A DNA stretch of 64,000 nt from Bacteroidota bacterium (GTDB lineage: Bacteria; Bacteroidota; Bacteroidia; Bacteroidales; GCA-2748055): contig JBDLIX010000004.1 in NCBI GenBank assembly GCA_039714655.1, positions 21,758 to 85,757 of the forward strand, in the 5' to 3' direction. A program made the position numbers and the translations under genes. The notes below the pieces were generated by a model, which worked only from the letters and a program-made list of their open reading frames with translations, was not told where the DNA came from and ran no database searches. This document shows, one piece after another, positions 18,299-27,421 of this stretch. Position 1 is the stretch's first letter; each line of letters begins with the position of its first letter.

Positions 18299-19712
18299 TG
18301 CTCTTGTATGAAATCCTGATGAACAGGGTGATATTCATTTTCCACGGACCTTCATGGAGGGTTCCAAAATGATACCTTTCAATACCCGCTTTGAGCCCTG
18401 CTATTTTACCGCTCATATAAACACCTGCTGCCGGTACCAGGCTATACCGGAGGGGTGGTTTTTCCTGAAACCCCCTGTAGTTCGGAAATGAAAGCAGGCC
18501 GTACAATTCACCATAAACCCCATAGTCAATGGCTGAGTTATCCTGAATGAGCCTGAAATACTTACCTGCACCATGGGCCCATGTCCACCTGCTTTCCCTG
18601 TATTGGTAAATCAGGGAACTGCTTTCGGGTACCTGAACTTTTCGATATACCGGACGAAAATCAAATCCTGTGAACGCATAAAAACCAAATTTATGATCCA
18701 CCCAGGATAGCCTGAATTGCATCATATGTTCGTTGTTCCTGTAAGAATTACCCCAGCCCACATCGATTTTGGCAAAGTCGGGTCGAGGCACCGGACCAGC
18801 TCCCCTCTTTTCCAGCAATTCCCGGGTCGCTTTCTGGTTTTGCTGGACTGCAAGGTCATAAAGGTTCCGGCTGGCAGAGATATGGTGATGGATGTTGGCC
18901 CCGCTGTCCACCAGTATCCTGGCTGCTGTATCCTGTTGGTACCGGATGGCATGGGCCAGCGGTGTATAGTTCTTCTTATTGACCTTTTCCAATCCGGCCC
19001 CATACTCAAGGAGTAGCAAGATCATCTCACTGTTTCCCTGCTGGGCTGCGATCATCAGTGGAGTATTGTTTTTCCTGTCAGTTGCATCAACTGCAAGGTT
19101 GTTCTGAAGGAGTACATCTGCAGTTTCCATGTTTCCGAAAAACACTGCTGTCATCAGGGCACTGTTGCCATCCTGGTCCCTGATTGTATCTGAAGCTCCA
19201 TAAAAGAGAAGCAGATCAGCTATTCGAAAATCATTCATGGCACACGCATAGAGCAGGGCACTTCCCATATATTCATCCCTGTGATCGGGGTTGGCACCTT
19301 TTTCAAGCAAGTAGCGGGTGACTTCAAATTGCTGGTTCAGTACCGCAATGAGCAGGGGTGTGGTGTTCTCTATATAGGAGAGTTCAAGGTCGGCTCCGTT
19401 CAGTACCAACAGCTTCACCAGGGTCAGATCACCACTCTCTGCTGCGTACATAAGTGCGGTCATTCCCCCCTCAGCTCTGGCATTGGGATCTGCTCCTCTT
19501 TTGAGCAATAGAAGGAGATTGGCTTGATCGCCTTTTATTACAGATTCTATCAGGTTCCAGTCATCTTCTCCTGCTCTGAAATAGGAGGTGTCAGAAATGG
19601 AAAAGAGATCCCTGTTCTGTGCATTGACCTGGTTGCCGGTTATGCATGCCAGGAGCATACCAACAAGCAACCATGATACCTTTCTGTTGTTTGCGGATTT
19701 ATCCACCGGCAC
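18267..19712 (-). CDS. Exported ankyrin-repeat protein with a C-terminal beta-rich (barrel-like) domain
   Basis: 481 aa with a signal peptide. There are about 7 ankyrin repeats (GADPNA..GMTALMYAA, GNSALMTA, NNTPLMIAAQQGN, YTPLAHA). A ~160-aa aromatic/Gly-rich alternating segment follows. Confidence 0.75.
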   Translation of the reverse strand: MPVDKSANNRKVSWLLVGMLLACITGNQVNAQNRDLFSISDTSYFRAGEDDWNLIESVIKGDQANLLLLLKRGADPNARAEGGMTALMYAAESGDLTLVKLLVLNGADLELSYIENTTPLLIAVLNQQFEVTRYLLEKGANPDHRDEYMGSALLYACAMNDFRIADLLLFYGASDTIRDQDGNSALMTAVFFGNMETADVLLQNNLAVDATDRKNNTPLMIAAQQGNSEMILLLLEYGAGLEKVNKKNYTPLAHAIRYQQDTAARILVDSGANIHHHISASRNLYDLAVQQNQKATRELLEKRGAGPVPRPDFAKIDVGWGNSYRNNEHMMQFRLSWVDHKFGFYAFTGFDFRPVYRKVQVPESSSLIYQYRESRWTWAHGAGKYFRLIQDNSAIDYGVYGELYGLLSFPNYRGFQEKPPLRYSLVPAAGVYMSGKIAGLKAGIERYHFGTLHEGPWKMNITLFIRISYKSSDNVYKEIEY

Positions 19713-20067
19713 GTTTTACTTTAAATCCTTTTTCTTCCAGAAGTGACAGGATCCGATCTCTGAAATCACCCTGGATCAGGATCTCCCCATTCTTCGCAGA
19801 ACCTCCTACACCACATTTGCTCTTCAACTCTTTTGCCAGGGATTTCAGATCCTCCTCGGTTCCTTCGAATCCTTCAATCAGTGTCACACTCTTGCCTTTT
19901 CGATTCTTTCGGTCGAGCCTTACATAGAGTCTCTGCTGATTTGGAGGAAGTGTCTCCTGATCATCCTGCTGCTCCGATTCAAATTGAAACTCCGGATTGG
20001 TGGAGTAAACCATACCCAGCCGTTTTTTCCAGTCGTTCTCCATGGGACAATTAATTACCCAGTTCAA
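19699..20067 (-). CDS. yciH: SUI1/eIF1-family translation initiation factor homologue (YciH-like)
   Basis: MVYSTNPEF...RKNRKGKSVTLIEGFEG..LKSLAKELKSKCGVGGS matches the SUI1 fold signature. The true start may be the ATG at 20043 (MENDWKK), which would remove the 17-nt overlap with the ABC gene. Confidence 0.8.
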   Translation of the reverse strand: MNWVINCPMENDWKKRLGMVYSTNPEFQFESEQQDDQETLPPNQQRLYVRLDRKNRKGKSVTLIEGFEGTEEDLKSLAKELKSKCGVGGSAKNGEILIQGDFRDRILSLLEEKGFKVKRAGG

Positions 20068-22237
20068 GCTGATTCCGGACCAATTCGAAATAGTGTCCTT
20101 TTTTAGCGATCAGGGTATTGTGCTTGCCCTCTTCAACGATCCGGCCCCGGTCAAGTACAATAATCTGATCCGCATTTTTCACTGTGCTCAGGCGGTGGGC
20201 TACAATGACCACCGTTTTGCCTTTAAATACCAGCTGGAGGTTTTCCATAATTCTTCGTTCATTGTTGGCATCCAGGGCACTTGTTCCTTCATCGAGGAAC
20301 AGAAAACTGGGATTTTTATAGATGGCTCTGGCGATTAAAATTCGCTGCTCTTCACCTCCGCTGAGTGTCAGCCCCTCCTGTCCGATCTTGGTATTATAAC
20401 CCAGGGGAAGCTGATCAATAAAGTCATCGATGCAAGCCATCCGGGCAGCATACATCAGCTGATCCGGCTTAATTTCTGATTCACCCAGCGCAATATTTTT
20501 TGCAATGGTGTCGGAGAATATGAACCCATCCTGCATGACTACGCCACACTGACCTCTCCAGAGGTCGGGCGACATCATCTGAATGCTCATATCACCAACC
20601 CTGATCTCTCCTTTTGCAGGAGGATAAAATCCCAATAGCAATTTGACCAGGGTGGTCTTTCCGCTTCCACTTACACCCACCACTGCCGTCACTGTATCTT
20701 TTTTAAGGGTCATGTTGATCTCTTCCAGCACATTTCTGGTAATAGCTCCAGGGTAGCTGAACTCAAGGTCACTCACACTTATCCGGTCTATTACCGGTAG
20801 AATAGTAACGCCGGTTTCGCGCTGGTACTCATCCTCCGAATCGTAGATCTCACCCAATCGTTCAAGGCTGATCTTGGCATCCTGAGCTCTGTGAAAGAAA
20901 GTGATCATCTGCTCAATGGGACCATTTAATTGTCCCAGGATATAGCTTACTGCCAGTAGTACGCCCAGGGTCAATTCCCCGTTTAGGACCGCAATGGCAG
21001 CTGTTACATTGATCAGGATGTTTTTTGTTTCGTTGATGAAAATCCCGCCAGCTTCCTGGTATTGATTAAGAGAGAGGCTTTTCATGTTAACTCTGAAAAG
21101 CGCAGCCTGAATATCTTTCCACTCCCACTGGTTGATGCGTTCAGCATTATTCAATTTGATCTCCCTGATCCCGTGAATGATCTGGATCAGCTTGCTCTGA
21201 TTTTCGGCCATTTTTGAGAAATACTTATGGTCCAATGACCTCCTTCGCTTCATAAATACGTAGATCCAAATGAAATAGAGCAGTGCCCCTCCCAGGAAAA
21301 TAATAAGGATCTTGATGCTGTATATGGCCAATATGATTGCAAAAACCACCAGGTTCACCATTGAAAACAGGATGGTAAGGGAGGAAGTAGTAAGAAAGGA
21401 TTCAATTCTCCTGTGGTCACCAATCCGTTGCAGGATATCTCCTGTCAGTTTGGTGTCGAAAAAACCTACAGGCAGCTTCATCAGCTTGATGAGGAAATCA
21501 GATATCAATGAAATATTAATCCTGGTACTCAGGTGAAGCAAGATCCACCTGCGGATGAAATCGATACCCATTTGTGACAGGATCAGTACAAATTGGAACA
21601 AAAGGATCAGGTAAATGAAGGGCAGATCCTGGTTGGTTATCCCGAAATCAACCATAGACTGGAAGAGAAAGGGGAGCAGAAACTGGATGATACTTCCCAG
21701 GATCACTCCCAGTATAAGGTGATACACATACCTTCTATAAGGAGCCAGGTATCGAAACAGGTAACTGAAACCTGTTTTCTTTAGTGGTTCATCCTCCTGG
21801 TTTAAAAAATCCGGAGTGGGTTGAACGAGCAGTGCGGAACCTTTGGCTTCCCCCTCTTTGCGCGTACTGAACCAACCTTTGAGAAACTCCTCTTTGGAAT
21901 AAACTGTAAGTCCAAATCCAGGATCGGCCACATATACACGGTCTCTTCGGATTTTGTAAACCACTACAAAATGGTTCTGTTTCCAGTGGACAATGACCGG
22001 AAAGGGAGCTTCGCTACGCAAACGTTCCCATGTAAGTGATACTCCCATGGTCTGCATACCAATTGCTTCGGCTGCCCGTGCAATACCTAACATGGAGACA
22101 CCCTCTCTGGTTAGATGAGACTTCTCTCTAAGGGTTTGCAGGGTAAAGTGTTTTCCGTAATGGCGGGCCACCATTCTAAGGCAGGTGGGACCGCAATCCA
22201 TGGCATCAAGTTGTTTGTAAAAAGGGAAAGAAGGCAT
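20051..22237 (-). CDS. Peptidase-C39-domain ABC exporter (bacteriocin/double-glycine peptide type)
   Basis: 728 aa. The C39 motif is QLDAMDCGPTCLRMVARHYG and a 6-TM core follows. Walker A is GVSGSGKTT, the signature is LSGGEEQR and Walker B is FLFLDEGTSALD. Confidence 0.9.
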   Translation of the reverse strand: MPSFPFYKQLDAMDCGPTCLRMVARHYGKHFTLQTLREKSHLTREGVSMLGIARAAEAIGMQTMGVSLTWERLRSEAPFPVIVHWKQNHFVVVYKIRRDRVYVADPGFGLTVYSKEEFLKGWFSTRKEGEAKGSALLVQPTPDFLNQEDEPLKKTGFSYLFRYLAPYRRYVYHLILGVILGSIIQFLLPFLFQSMVDFGITNQDLPFIYLILLFQFVLILSQMGIDFIRRWILLHLSTRINISLISDFLIKLMKLPVGFFDTKLTGDILQRIGDHRRIESFLTTSSLTILFSMVNLVVFAIILAIYSIKILIIFLGGALLYFIWIYVFMKRRRSLDHKYFSKMAENQSKLIQIIHGIREIKLNNAERINQWEWKDIQAALFRVNMKSLSLNQYQEAGGIFINETKNILINVTAAIAVLNGELTLGVLLAVSYILGQLNGPIEQMITFFHRAQDAKISLERLGEIYDSEDEYQRETGVTILPVIDRISVSDLEFSYPGAITRNVLEEINMTLKKDTVTAVVGVSGSGKTTLVKLLLGFYPPAKGEIRVGDMSIQMMSPDLWRGQCGVVMQDGFIFSDTIAKNIALGESEIKPDQLMYAARMACIDDFIDQLPLGYNTKIGQEGLTLSGGEEQRILIARAIYKNPSFLFLDEGTSALDANNERRIMENLQLVFKGKTVVIVAHRLSTVKNADQIIVLDRGRIVEEGKHNTLIAKKGHYFELVRNQLELGN

Positions 22238-22269
22238 AGACCAGATCGCTTATGCCCCTAAATTAAGAA

Positions 22270-23013
22270 TTATTTTAACAACATCTTTTGCAACCGCCTG
22301 GCATCATTCTGGTAGGGTCCGGGTTGCCCTGTAAGCATCTGGAGTTGTGTTGAAGCCTCTTCCATTCGACCTGATTTCACCAAAGCAAGGCTTGTATACC
22401 AGTTTAGTGATTGACCCAATCGTTGATCTGCATGAATGGAAAGAGGCAGCACCCTCTCAAGGACAGCTTCCTGCAGATCAAGTTCCATGGCAGCCAGAAG
22501 GTAGAAAAGTAACGCCAACTGATTCTCCGGCTCTTTCTCCAGGAGTTCTGACATTTTATCCATGGACTCCATATAATGGCCATCGTGGTAAAGAAGTATC
22601 CCAGATTCTGAGCCACCCCTTGTTCCCTGATTGAAAGCGAGAATTACCGGATCTTTGTCAGGTTCAAAAAAGCGTGATAGAATTTTGTCGCCTCTCTGGT
22701 TGATCAAAAAAACAGTGAGCAGAATCGCCAGGGATCCGGCCAATGGCAGCAGGAAGTACCATGGGGGCCTGTGACCAAATAACTTATGCTGAATCTTCGG
22801 AGCCGGTTTTTCCATGATTTCCACGAGTTTGGCCCTGAAAGATTCTTCATCTCGCTGCTGAAGCTGGTCTCTGATCAGTCGGTAGGCGACAGAAACTTCC
22901 TCAAACTCCTCTTTTAGCAAAGGATTGGATGCCAGATCCTTCTCGAAGGATCCGACCTCTTCCTGGTTCATGTCGCCTGACAGATATTTTATGATAAGAT
23001 CAACGTGTTTCAT
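22270..23013 (-). CDS. Putative single-pass anti-sigma factor with a periplasmic helical (TPR-like) domain
   Basis: 247 aa. The N-terminus (IKYLSGDMNQEEVGSFEKDLASNPLLKEEFE) is typical of Bacteroidota anti-sigma partners. The TM helix is WYFLLPLAGSLAILLTVFLI. It overlaps the sigma gene by 14 nt. Confidence 0.55.
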   Translation of the reverse strand: MKHVDLIIKYLSGDMNQEEVGSFEKDLASNPLLKEEFEEVSVAYRLIRDQLQQRDEESFRAKLVEIMEKPAPKIQHKLFGHRPPWYFLLPLAGSLAILLTVFLINQRGDKILSRFFEPDKDPVILAFNQGTRGGSESGILLYHDGHYMESMDKMSELLEKEPENQLALLFYLLAAMELDLQEAVLERVLPLSIHADQRLGQSLNWYTSLALVKSGRMEEASTQLQMLTGQPGPYQNDARRLQKMLLK

Positions 23014-23581
23014 TTTTTAAACGTTTAAAAAGGGGGTCATTCACAATCCTTTTAATAAGGCTTTTTTTACACCTGTACTTTCTGTCTGCTGCATGGTGAA
23101 GATCCTTGTAATTCATGGTAGAGCGGATATCCTCAACGGTGAAGTTATTGAAATACATGGAGAGAATTTTCTGGCAGTCTTTACTCAGTTCATTGAAATG
23201 TTTATCGAACAATTGGGTGAGATGATTCTGAAGCAGGGGATCGTCTGCGGGACCCGGATCATTGACGACCATTGGATGCTGCCTTAGTTTCTCAGCATGA
23301 AGCTGGTATTTTTTTCGCTCCTGCATCCAGATGTTTTTACAAATGGCATAGAGGTAGGTCCCGAATTTACAGGTCAGATTGAGTTCACTGGATTTAATCC
23401 TGTTATATACCACGATCATGGCCTCCTGGAACACATCTTTGGCCTGGTCCCTGTTCCCTTGGTTATGAATGATATATCCTTCAATCATGGGAAAGTAGGT
23501 TTGGTACACATGTTCCAGGATGCTGGAATTGTGATTCCTGATCCCGGTAATCAATGCTTTTTCAGTAAGAATCTTCATCAC
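23000..23581 (-). CDS. ECF-type RNA polymerase sigma-70 family factor
   Basis: 193 aa. The region-2-like segment is DVFQEAMIVVYNRI..YLYAICKNIWMQ and the region-4-like HTH is LSKDCQKILSMYFNNFTVEDIRSTM. Confidence 0.75.
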   Translation of the reverse strand: MMKILTEKALITGIRNHNSSILEHVYQTYFPMIEGYIIHNQGNRDQAKDVFQEAMIVVYNRIKSSELNLTCKFGTYLYAICKNIWMQERKKYQLHAEKLRQHPMVVNDPGPADDPLLQNHLTQLFDKHFNELSKDCQKILSMYFNNFTVEDIRSTMNYKDLHHAADRKYRCKKSLIKRIVNDPLFKRLKNETR

Positions 23582-23593
23582 TCAGAAAGGCAT

Positions 23594-23626
23594 TAAAAAG
23601 GGCAGGTGAATTTATTTCACCCGCCC
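23594..23626 (-). terminator. Intrinsic-terminator-like hairpin, 13 nt upstream of the ECF sigma start codon
   Basis: The minus-strand RNA is GGGCGGGUGAA-AUAAA-UUCACCUGCCC followed by UUUUUAAU. That gives an 11-bp stem with one G-U pair. On the plus strand the same position would be an A-C mismatch, which favours the minus orientation. Confidence 0.6.
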
Positions 23627-23689
23627 TGATAGCAATAGTGTCAGTTAGTAAGTAGAAAAGAACTTCACCTTTTCCAAATGGTGTAGTTA

Positions 23690-23697
23690 CAAAAATA
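23690..23697 (-). promoter_or_regulatory. Candidate -7 promoter box (TATTTTTG) for the sigma operon
   Basis: The minus strand reads TATTTTTG, matching TAnnTTTG. It lies about 110 nt upstream of the sigma ATG and upstream of the hairpin. I saw no clear -33 TTTG. Confidence 0.3.
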
Positions 23698-23728
23698 TGT
23701 GATTTGAAACGGTACATATACCCATAAT

Positions 23729-23744
23729 TATGTTATATAACATA
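23729..23744. promoter_or_regulatory. Perfect 16-nt palindrome TATGTTATATAACATA (possible operator)
   Basis: Read directly from the sequence. It lies in the 217-nt spacer between the dehydratase stop and the sigma start. Confidence 0.35.
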
Positions 23745-23798
23745 TTATTAGGTTAATGTGTTAAGGGGTACCAATATCAGCGTCCGGTCTTATTTTTT

Positions 23799-24740
23799 TT
23801 AAAATGGCAGATTTGTAACATCTACATTTCCGCCTGACAGGATTACACCGACCTTTCTGTTTTTAAACTCTGAACTGTTCCTGAACATCGCTGCAACAGC
23901 CACCGCACTTGAAGGTTCTATGACGATCTTCATTCGTTCCCAGATAAATTTCATAGCCTCAATGATCTCTGATTCCTCCACCCGGATAATTTTGCTTACA
24001 AACTTTTGGATGATGGGAAAATTGAGGTCTCCAAGCTGGGTTTTCAATCCATCAGCAATGGTTTTCGGATTAATGCTGGGTTGGATTTTGCCTGTTTTGA
24101 GGGAGAGATAAGCATCATCGGCCCCAAAGGGCTCCGCCCCAATGGTTTCTATATAATAGCTTAGGTGATTGGTGGCAAGGGCTGTTCCTGCAAGTAATCC
24201 ACCACCACCCACGGGAGCAATGATCACATCCAGGTGTTCCACTTTTTTAGCCATTTCCCACACAGCTGTTGAATTCCCGAGGATTACATTGGTATCATTG
24301 GAAGAGTGCACAAAAGTTGCTCCTGTTTTTTTCTGATGGATGAGCATGGTCGATTCCCGGCTCTTTAGCGTTGGTAAACACTCGATGATCTGGGCCCCAT
24401 ATCCGGCTACTGCCTCCTTCTTCACGTTTGGTGCACTGCCGGGCATCACGATATAGCATTTGGTATCCAGTGATCTGGCTGCCAAAGCAAGCGCAGCAGC
24501 GAAATTGCCTGAAGAGTGGGTGATGACACCCCTGGCCCGTTCTTCATCCGAGAGCTGGAGAATTGCATTGATGGCCCCCCGGAACTTAAAAGCACCCATC
24601 CGTTGAAAATTCTCACATTTAAAGAATACGGTAGCATTCATTTTCCGGTCTATGGTAGTGGAGGTAAGTACCGGAGTATTGTGTACATAGGGTTCGATCC
24701 TTTTTACTACCGATTGAACATCCTTTAAAGTTGGTATCAT
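23799..24740 (-). CDS. PLP-dependent threonine/serine dehydratase (serine racemase-like fold type II)
   Basis: The PLP-lysine motif is FKCENFQRMGAFKFRGA and the glycine loop is APVGGGGLLAG. I chose the ATG at 24740 (MIPTLKDV). The longer ORF to 24866 adds a non-homologous hydrophobic stretch and collides with the upstream gene. Confidence 0.85.
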   Translation of the reverse strand: MIPTLKDVQSVVKRIEPYVHNTPVLTSTTIDRKMNATVFFKCENFQRMGAFKFRGAINAILQLSDEERARGVITHSSGNFAAALALAARSLDTKCYIVMPGSAPNVKKEAVAGYGAQIIECLPTLKSRESTMLIHQKKTGATFVHSSNDTNVILGNSTAVWEMAKKVEHLDVIIAPVGGGGLLAGTALATNHLSYYIETIGAEPFGADDAYLSLKTGKIQPSINPKTIADGLKTQLGDLNFPIIQKFVSKIIRVEESEIIEAMKFIWERMKIVIEPSSAVAVAAMFRNSSEFKNRKVGVILSGGNVDVTNLPF

Positions 24741-24810
24741 AACAAATGGATTTATGGTGAATGGTTCACAACTTCTATAAAAATAATGTTCTTTCGGCAA
24801 AAAGAAAAGG

Positions 24811-25281
24811 CTAAAGGCTAAAGCGGTAACGAATAGAAACACCAAAATCAAGTAAATCAATGTCAAAAAAGCGGTATATGTTCATCATCGGTTTCCAATC
24901 CACGCCGAAATTAATGGGCAGATCCCTGACGTTGTATTCAATTCCGGCAATAACTGATAATCCAGTGGATAACTCTCCGTCCCAGTTGCCTCCGAAAGCT
25001 CCTCCGCCAAAATAGGCCAGCCAGCGCCTGTTCTGCAACGGTTCAAGATGATATTCATACAACAGTGACAGGTTGAAACCGTGCTGGTTATACAGCACAT
25101 CACCTTCTATGGCTGCCATCTGGTGCCTGAAAAATCCTTTATAAGTTATTCCGCTGGAGTAACCGGCCCGTATCCCCAGAGAGTGTTCATAGGGTTGAGC
25201 TGCCAGTTCTGAGGAAACTATGATTATCAGCATGAAAAGGGTGGTTCGTATCATCATAATCAAATTAAATAGCTCATTCAA
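24811..25281 (-). CDS. Small outer-membrane beta-barrel-like protein
   Basis: 156 aa. The likely start is at MMIRTT, and the signal peptide ends in AAQ. It shows an alternating aromatic/Gly pattern (GIRAGYSSGITYKGF..., GVSIRYRFSL). The family is not identified. Confidence 0.5.
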   Translation of the reverse strand: MNELFNLIMMIRTTLFMLIIIVSSELAAQPYEHSLGIRAGYSSGITYKGFFRHQMAAIEGDVLYNQHGFNLSLLYEYHLEPLQNRRWLAYFGGGAFGGNWDGELSTGLSVIAGIEYNVRDLPINFGVDWKPMMNIYRFFDIDLLDFGVSIRYRFSL

Positions 25282-26200
25282 TCCTGGATCCCTTTACTTC
25301 AAAAACTGTCTCTGTGTATGAGGGGATTTTCAGACCTGAAGGAAGGTATGAACTTTTGAGTATGGTTGTTTCAATCAATAAACGCTGACGGGAAACACAT
25401 CGCTTCAGCCACCCTGTTTTCCGGTCCATCTGAAAATCGTAGGTCTGGCTTCCGGAAACAGCCGATTTAACTACTCCCATACTGGTTCTTTCCTGGAACT
25501 CTTTCATGGCGTTCAGCATCCCCAATCCCTGAATGACCAACACCTCATCGGTGCTCTTTGTCAGGTTATATCTGTTCACCATCAGCACAGGCTTTGTATT
25601 GAAGTAATAGGTCACATTGCTGGTCCAGTTGGTCATAGGTTGTACCACAGGATAGACCGATACAAAAAGGCTGAGCAAGCTCTTAAATGAATTGGGTCCA
25701 TATACTTCCTCAAGCGTTTTCAAAATGACCTGATGTTCATTGGTATCTCTTGCAGGGTAGGTGGCAAGAGATTCAAACAGAGGTTCGAGGCCTTCTATGG
25801 ATTTCATTTCGCCTCTGCCGTCCATTACCATGTGAAAAGCGCCATTAGACAACGAATCAATCATATTTGAAAGCATCAGGTTCTTCCCGGTACTTGAATT
25901 GATGTCAATATTCATACCCGGAGCAAGCATGGAAAGCAGTAGATCTACATAATGGACGGTCATGTGGAACTGTTGCTGGTCATCTGTCGAGTCCACAATA
26001 AACTCCATTTTCGTACGGCTGTAAAGCGTGATTTCGTCACTGTTCATGGCTTCGGAACGGGTGTTTTGCTGAAGATCAATATCCAGTAAATATCTTTCTC
26101 CTGCTTGAAGGCGATAGGAGAGCCTTGGTTCCTGAGCAGCTGCCTGCAATATGAACAGCAGCGACAAGCCAAACAGAATATGTGGATACAATCTTTTCAT
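25274..26200 (-). CDS. Secreted hypothetical protein
   Basis: I chose the ATG at 26200, which gives the signal peptide MKRLYPHILFGLSLLFILQAAAQ. The upstream 35 codons of the ORF are Arg/Lys-rich and unlikely to be coding. No family recognised. Confidence 0.5.
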   Translation of the reverse strand: MKRLYPHILFGLSLLFILQAAAQEPRLSYRLQAGERYLLDIDLQQNTRSEAMNSDEITLYSRTKMEFIVDSTDDQQQFHMTVHYVDLLLSMLAPGMNIDINSSTGKNLMLSNMIDSLSNGAFHMVMDGRGEMKSIEGLEPLFESLATYPARDTNEHQVILKTLEEVYGPNSFKSLLSLFVSVYPVVQPMTNWTSNVTYYFNTKPVLMVNRYNLTKSTDEVLVIQGLGMLNAMKEFQERTSMGVVKSAVSGSQTYDFQMDRKTGWLKRCVSRQRLLIETTILKSSYLPSGLKIPSYTETVFEVKGSRIE

Positions 26201-26464
26201 GGAGTGGATAAAAATAACAATTAAAAATCTTCTATGCCGGATCTTATGTTTTTTCCTCCTTTCTCTGTTATTATATTGCTTCGATGAGCCTGTCAAACTA
26301 CTCAAAAGTATCTCTGTAGAATAGGTGTTCGTACATTTTCAATTGCTCACCAGATTGTAATATTTTACTTGTGTTCGCGATCTTCGATTCAACTTGATGC
26401 TCGCTCCTGTTTATCTTTGCTGGCACCAAAATACCGGTGTTTAATCAAAAATGCTTTTTTATTA

Positions 26465-26472
26465 TATATTTG
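26465..26472 (+). promoter_or_regulatory. Candidate -7 promoter box TATATTTG
   Basis: Matches TAnnTTTG and lies 66 nt upstream of the sigma ATG at 26539. Confidence 0.3.
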
Positions 26473-26538
26473 TTGATAACAGTGCTCTTCTCGATACGCA
26501 CAACGTTATGCGAAAGGTTATAAACGGTTAGCCCGGTA

Positions 26539-27117
26539 ATGATCAAGGAAGATAAAAAAGTCATTAAGGAATTCAAAGAGGGTAATGTAGATGCATTTGA
26601 ATCTTTGTATTACAGGTACAACAAGAAGTTGTACAGATTTGCTTTGGGATTAACTAAGGACCATGATATTGCAACTGAAATTGTACAGGAGGTTTTTGTC
26701 AATCTATGGGAGAAGAGGCACCAGGTAACTACATCTTTCAATTTTGAGAACTACATCTTCACCATTACCTATAATTCCATCCGGGGGTATTTCAGAAAGA
26801 AATCAATTGAAAACAAAGTCAAAGACTACTTTGTTCAGAATGCACCCGAAGCCCTTTCAGATACTGATGGATCGCTTATTTACAGTGAGTTACTTGAGAT
26901 GGCGAACAGGTATATCGAAAAGATGCCGGCCCAAAGAAAAAGGGTATATAAGCTCAACAAGCAAGAAGGACTAAAAATAAAGGAAATTGCTTGCTCACTA
27001 AATATATCTACACGCACCGCTGAGACGCACCTCTCGAAGGCGTTGCAGTTCCTTAAAGAGGAATTGAACGGCATATCTTTGCAAATGCTCATTTTCTATT
27101 ACCTGTTTATCTGCTGA
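26539..27117 (+). CDS. ECF sigma factor (FecI-like, PUL-associated)
   Basis: 192 aa with FESLYYRYNKKLYRFALGL..D..A.EIVQEVFVNLWE (region 2) and QRKRVYKLNKQEGLKIKEIACSLNISTRTAETHLSKAL (region 4). Confidence 0.85.
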   Translation: MIKEDKKVIKEFKEGNVDAFESLYYRYNKKLYRFALGLTKDHDIATEIVQEVFVNLWEKRHQVTTSFNFENYIFTITYNSIRGYFRKKSIENKVKDYFVQNAPEALSDTDGSLIYSELLEMANRYIEKMPAQRKRVYKLNKQEGLKIKEIACSLNISTRTAETHLSKALQFLKEELNGISLQMLIFYYLFIC

Positions 27118-27421
27118 ACCCGTGACCCGGGCACCGGAAAACCGTTCCTTTTGAACTAATATTCTCCATCAGCAATCACCTGGTTTTCTGCGCCATAAAG
27201 CTCCCCGCTCTGATCTGGCAAAAAAAATCGCTTTCCGACTACGTATTTTAGTCACTTCATTCATACATATAGCAACGAGGATAAGTCTATCATTTTAGGT
27301 TTAATGTAGATTAGTTTAGATTTAGTTTTAGGGCAGATCAGACTAGAGGTAGGCTGCAACGGGGCATACCTTTAGTTTGATTTGTTGTTGAAAGGATTGC
27401 AATGTATCTCATAATAAGCAT

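Noticed and set aside
24741-24866. N-terminal 42-codon extension of the dehydratase ORF (MTLIYLILVFLFVTALAF...)
   Set aside because: The extension is hydrophobic, unlike cytosolic PLP dehydratases. It also overlaps the 3' end of the upstream gene (24811-25281). The homologous region starts after the ATG at 24740.
26201-26305. 35-codon Arg/Lys-rich extension (MSSLTGSSKQYNNRERRKKHKIRHRR...) of the 25274-26305 ORF
   Set aside because: The internal ATG at 26200 gives a canonical signal peptide. The extension looks like translated AT-rich intergenic DNA.
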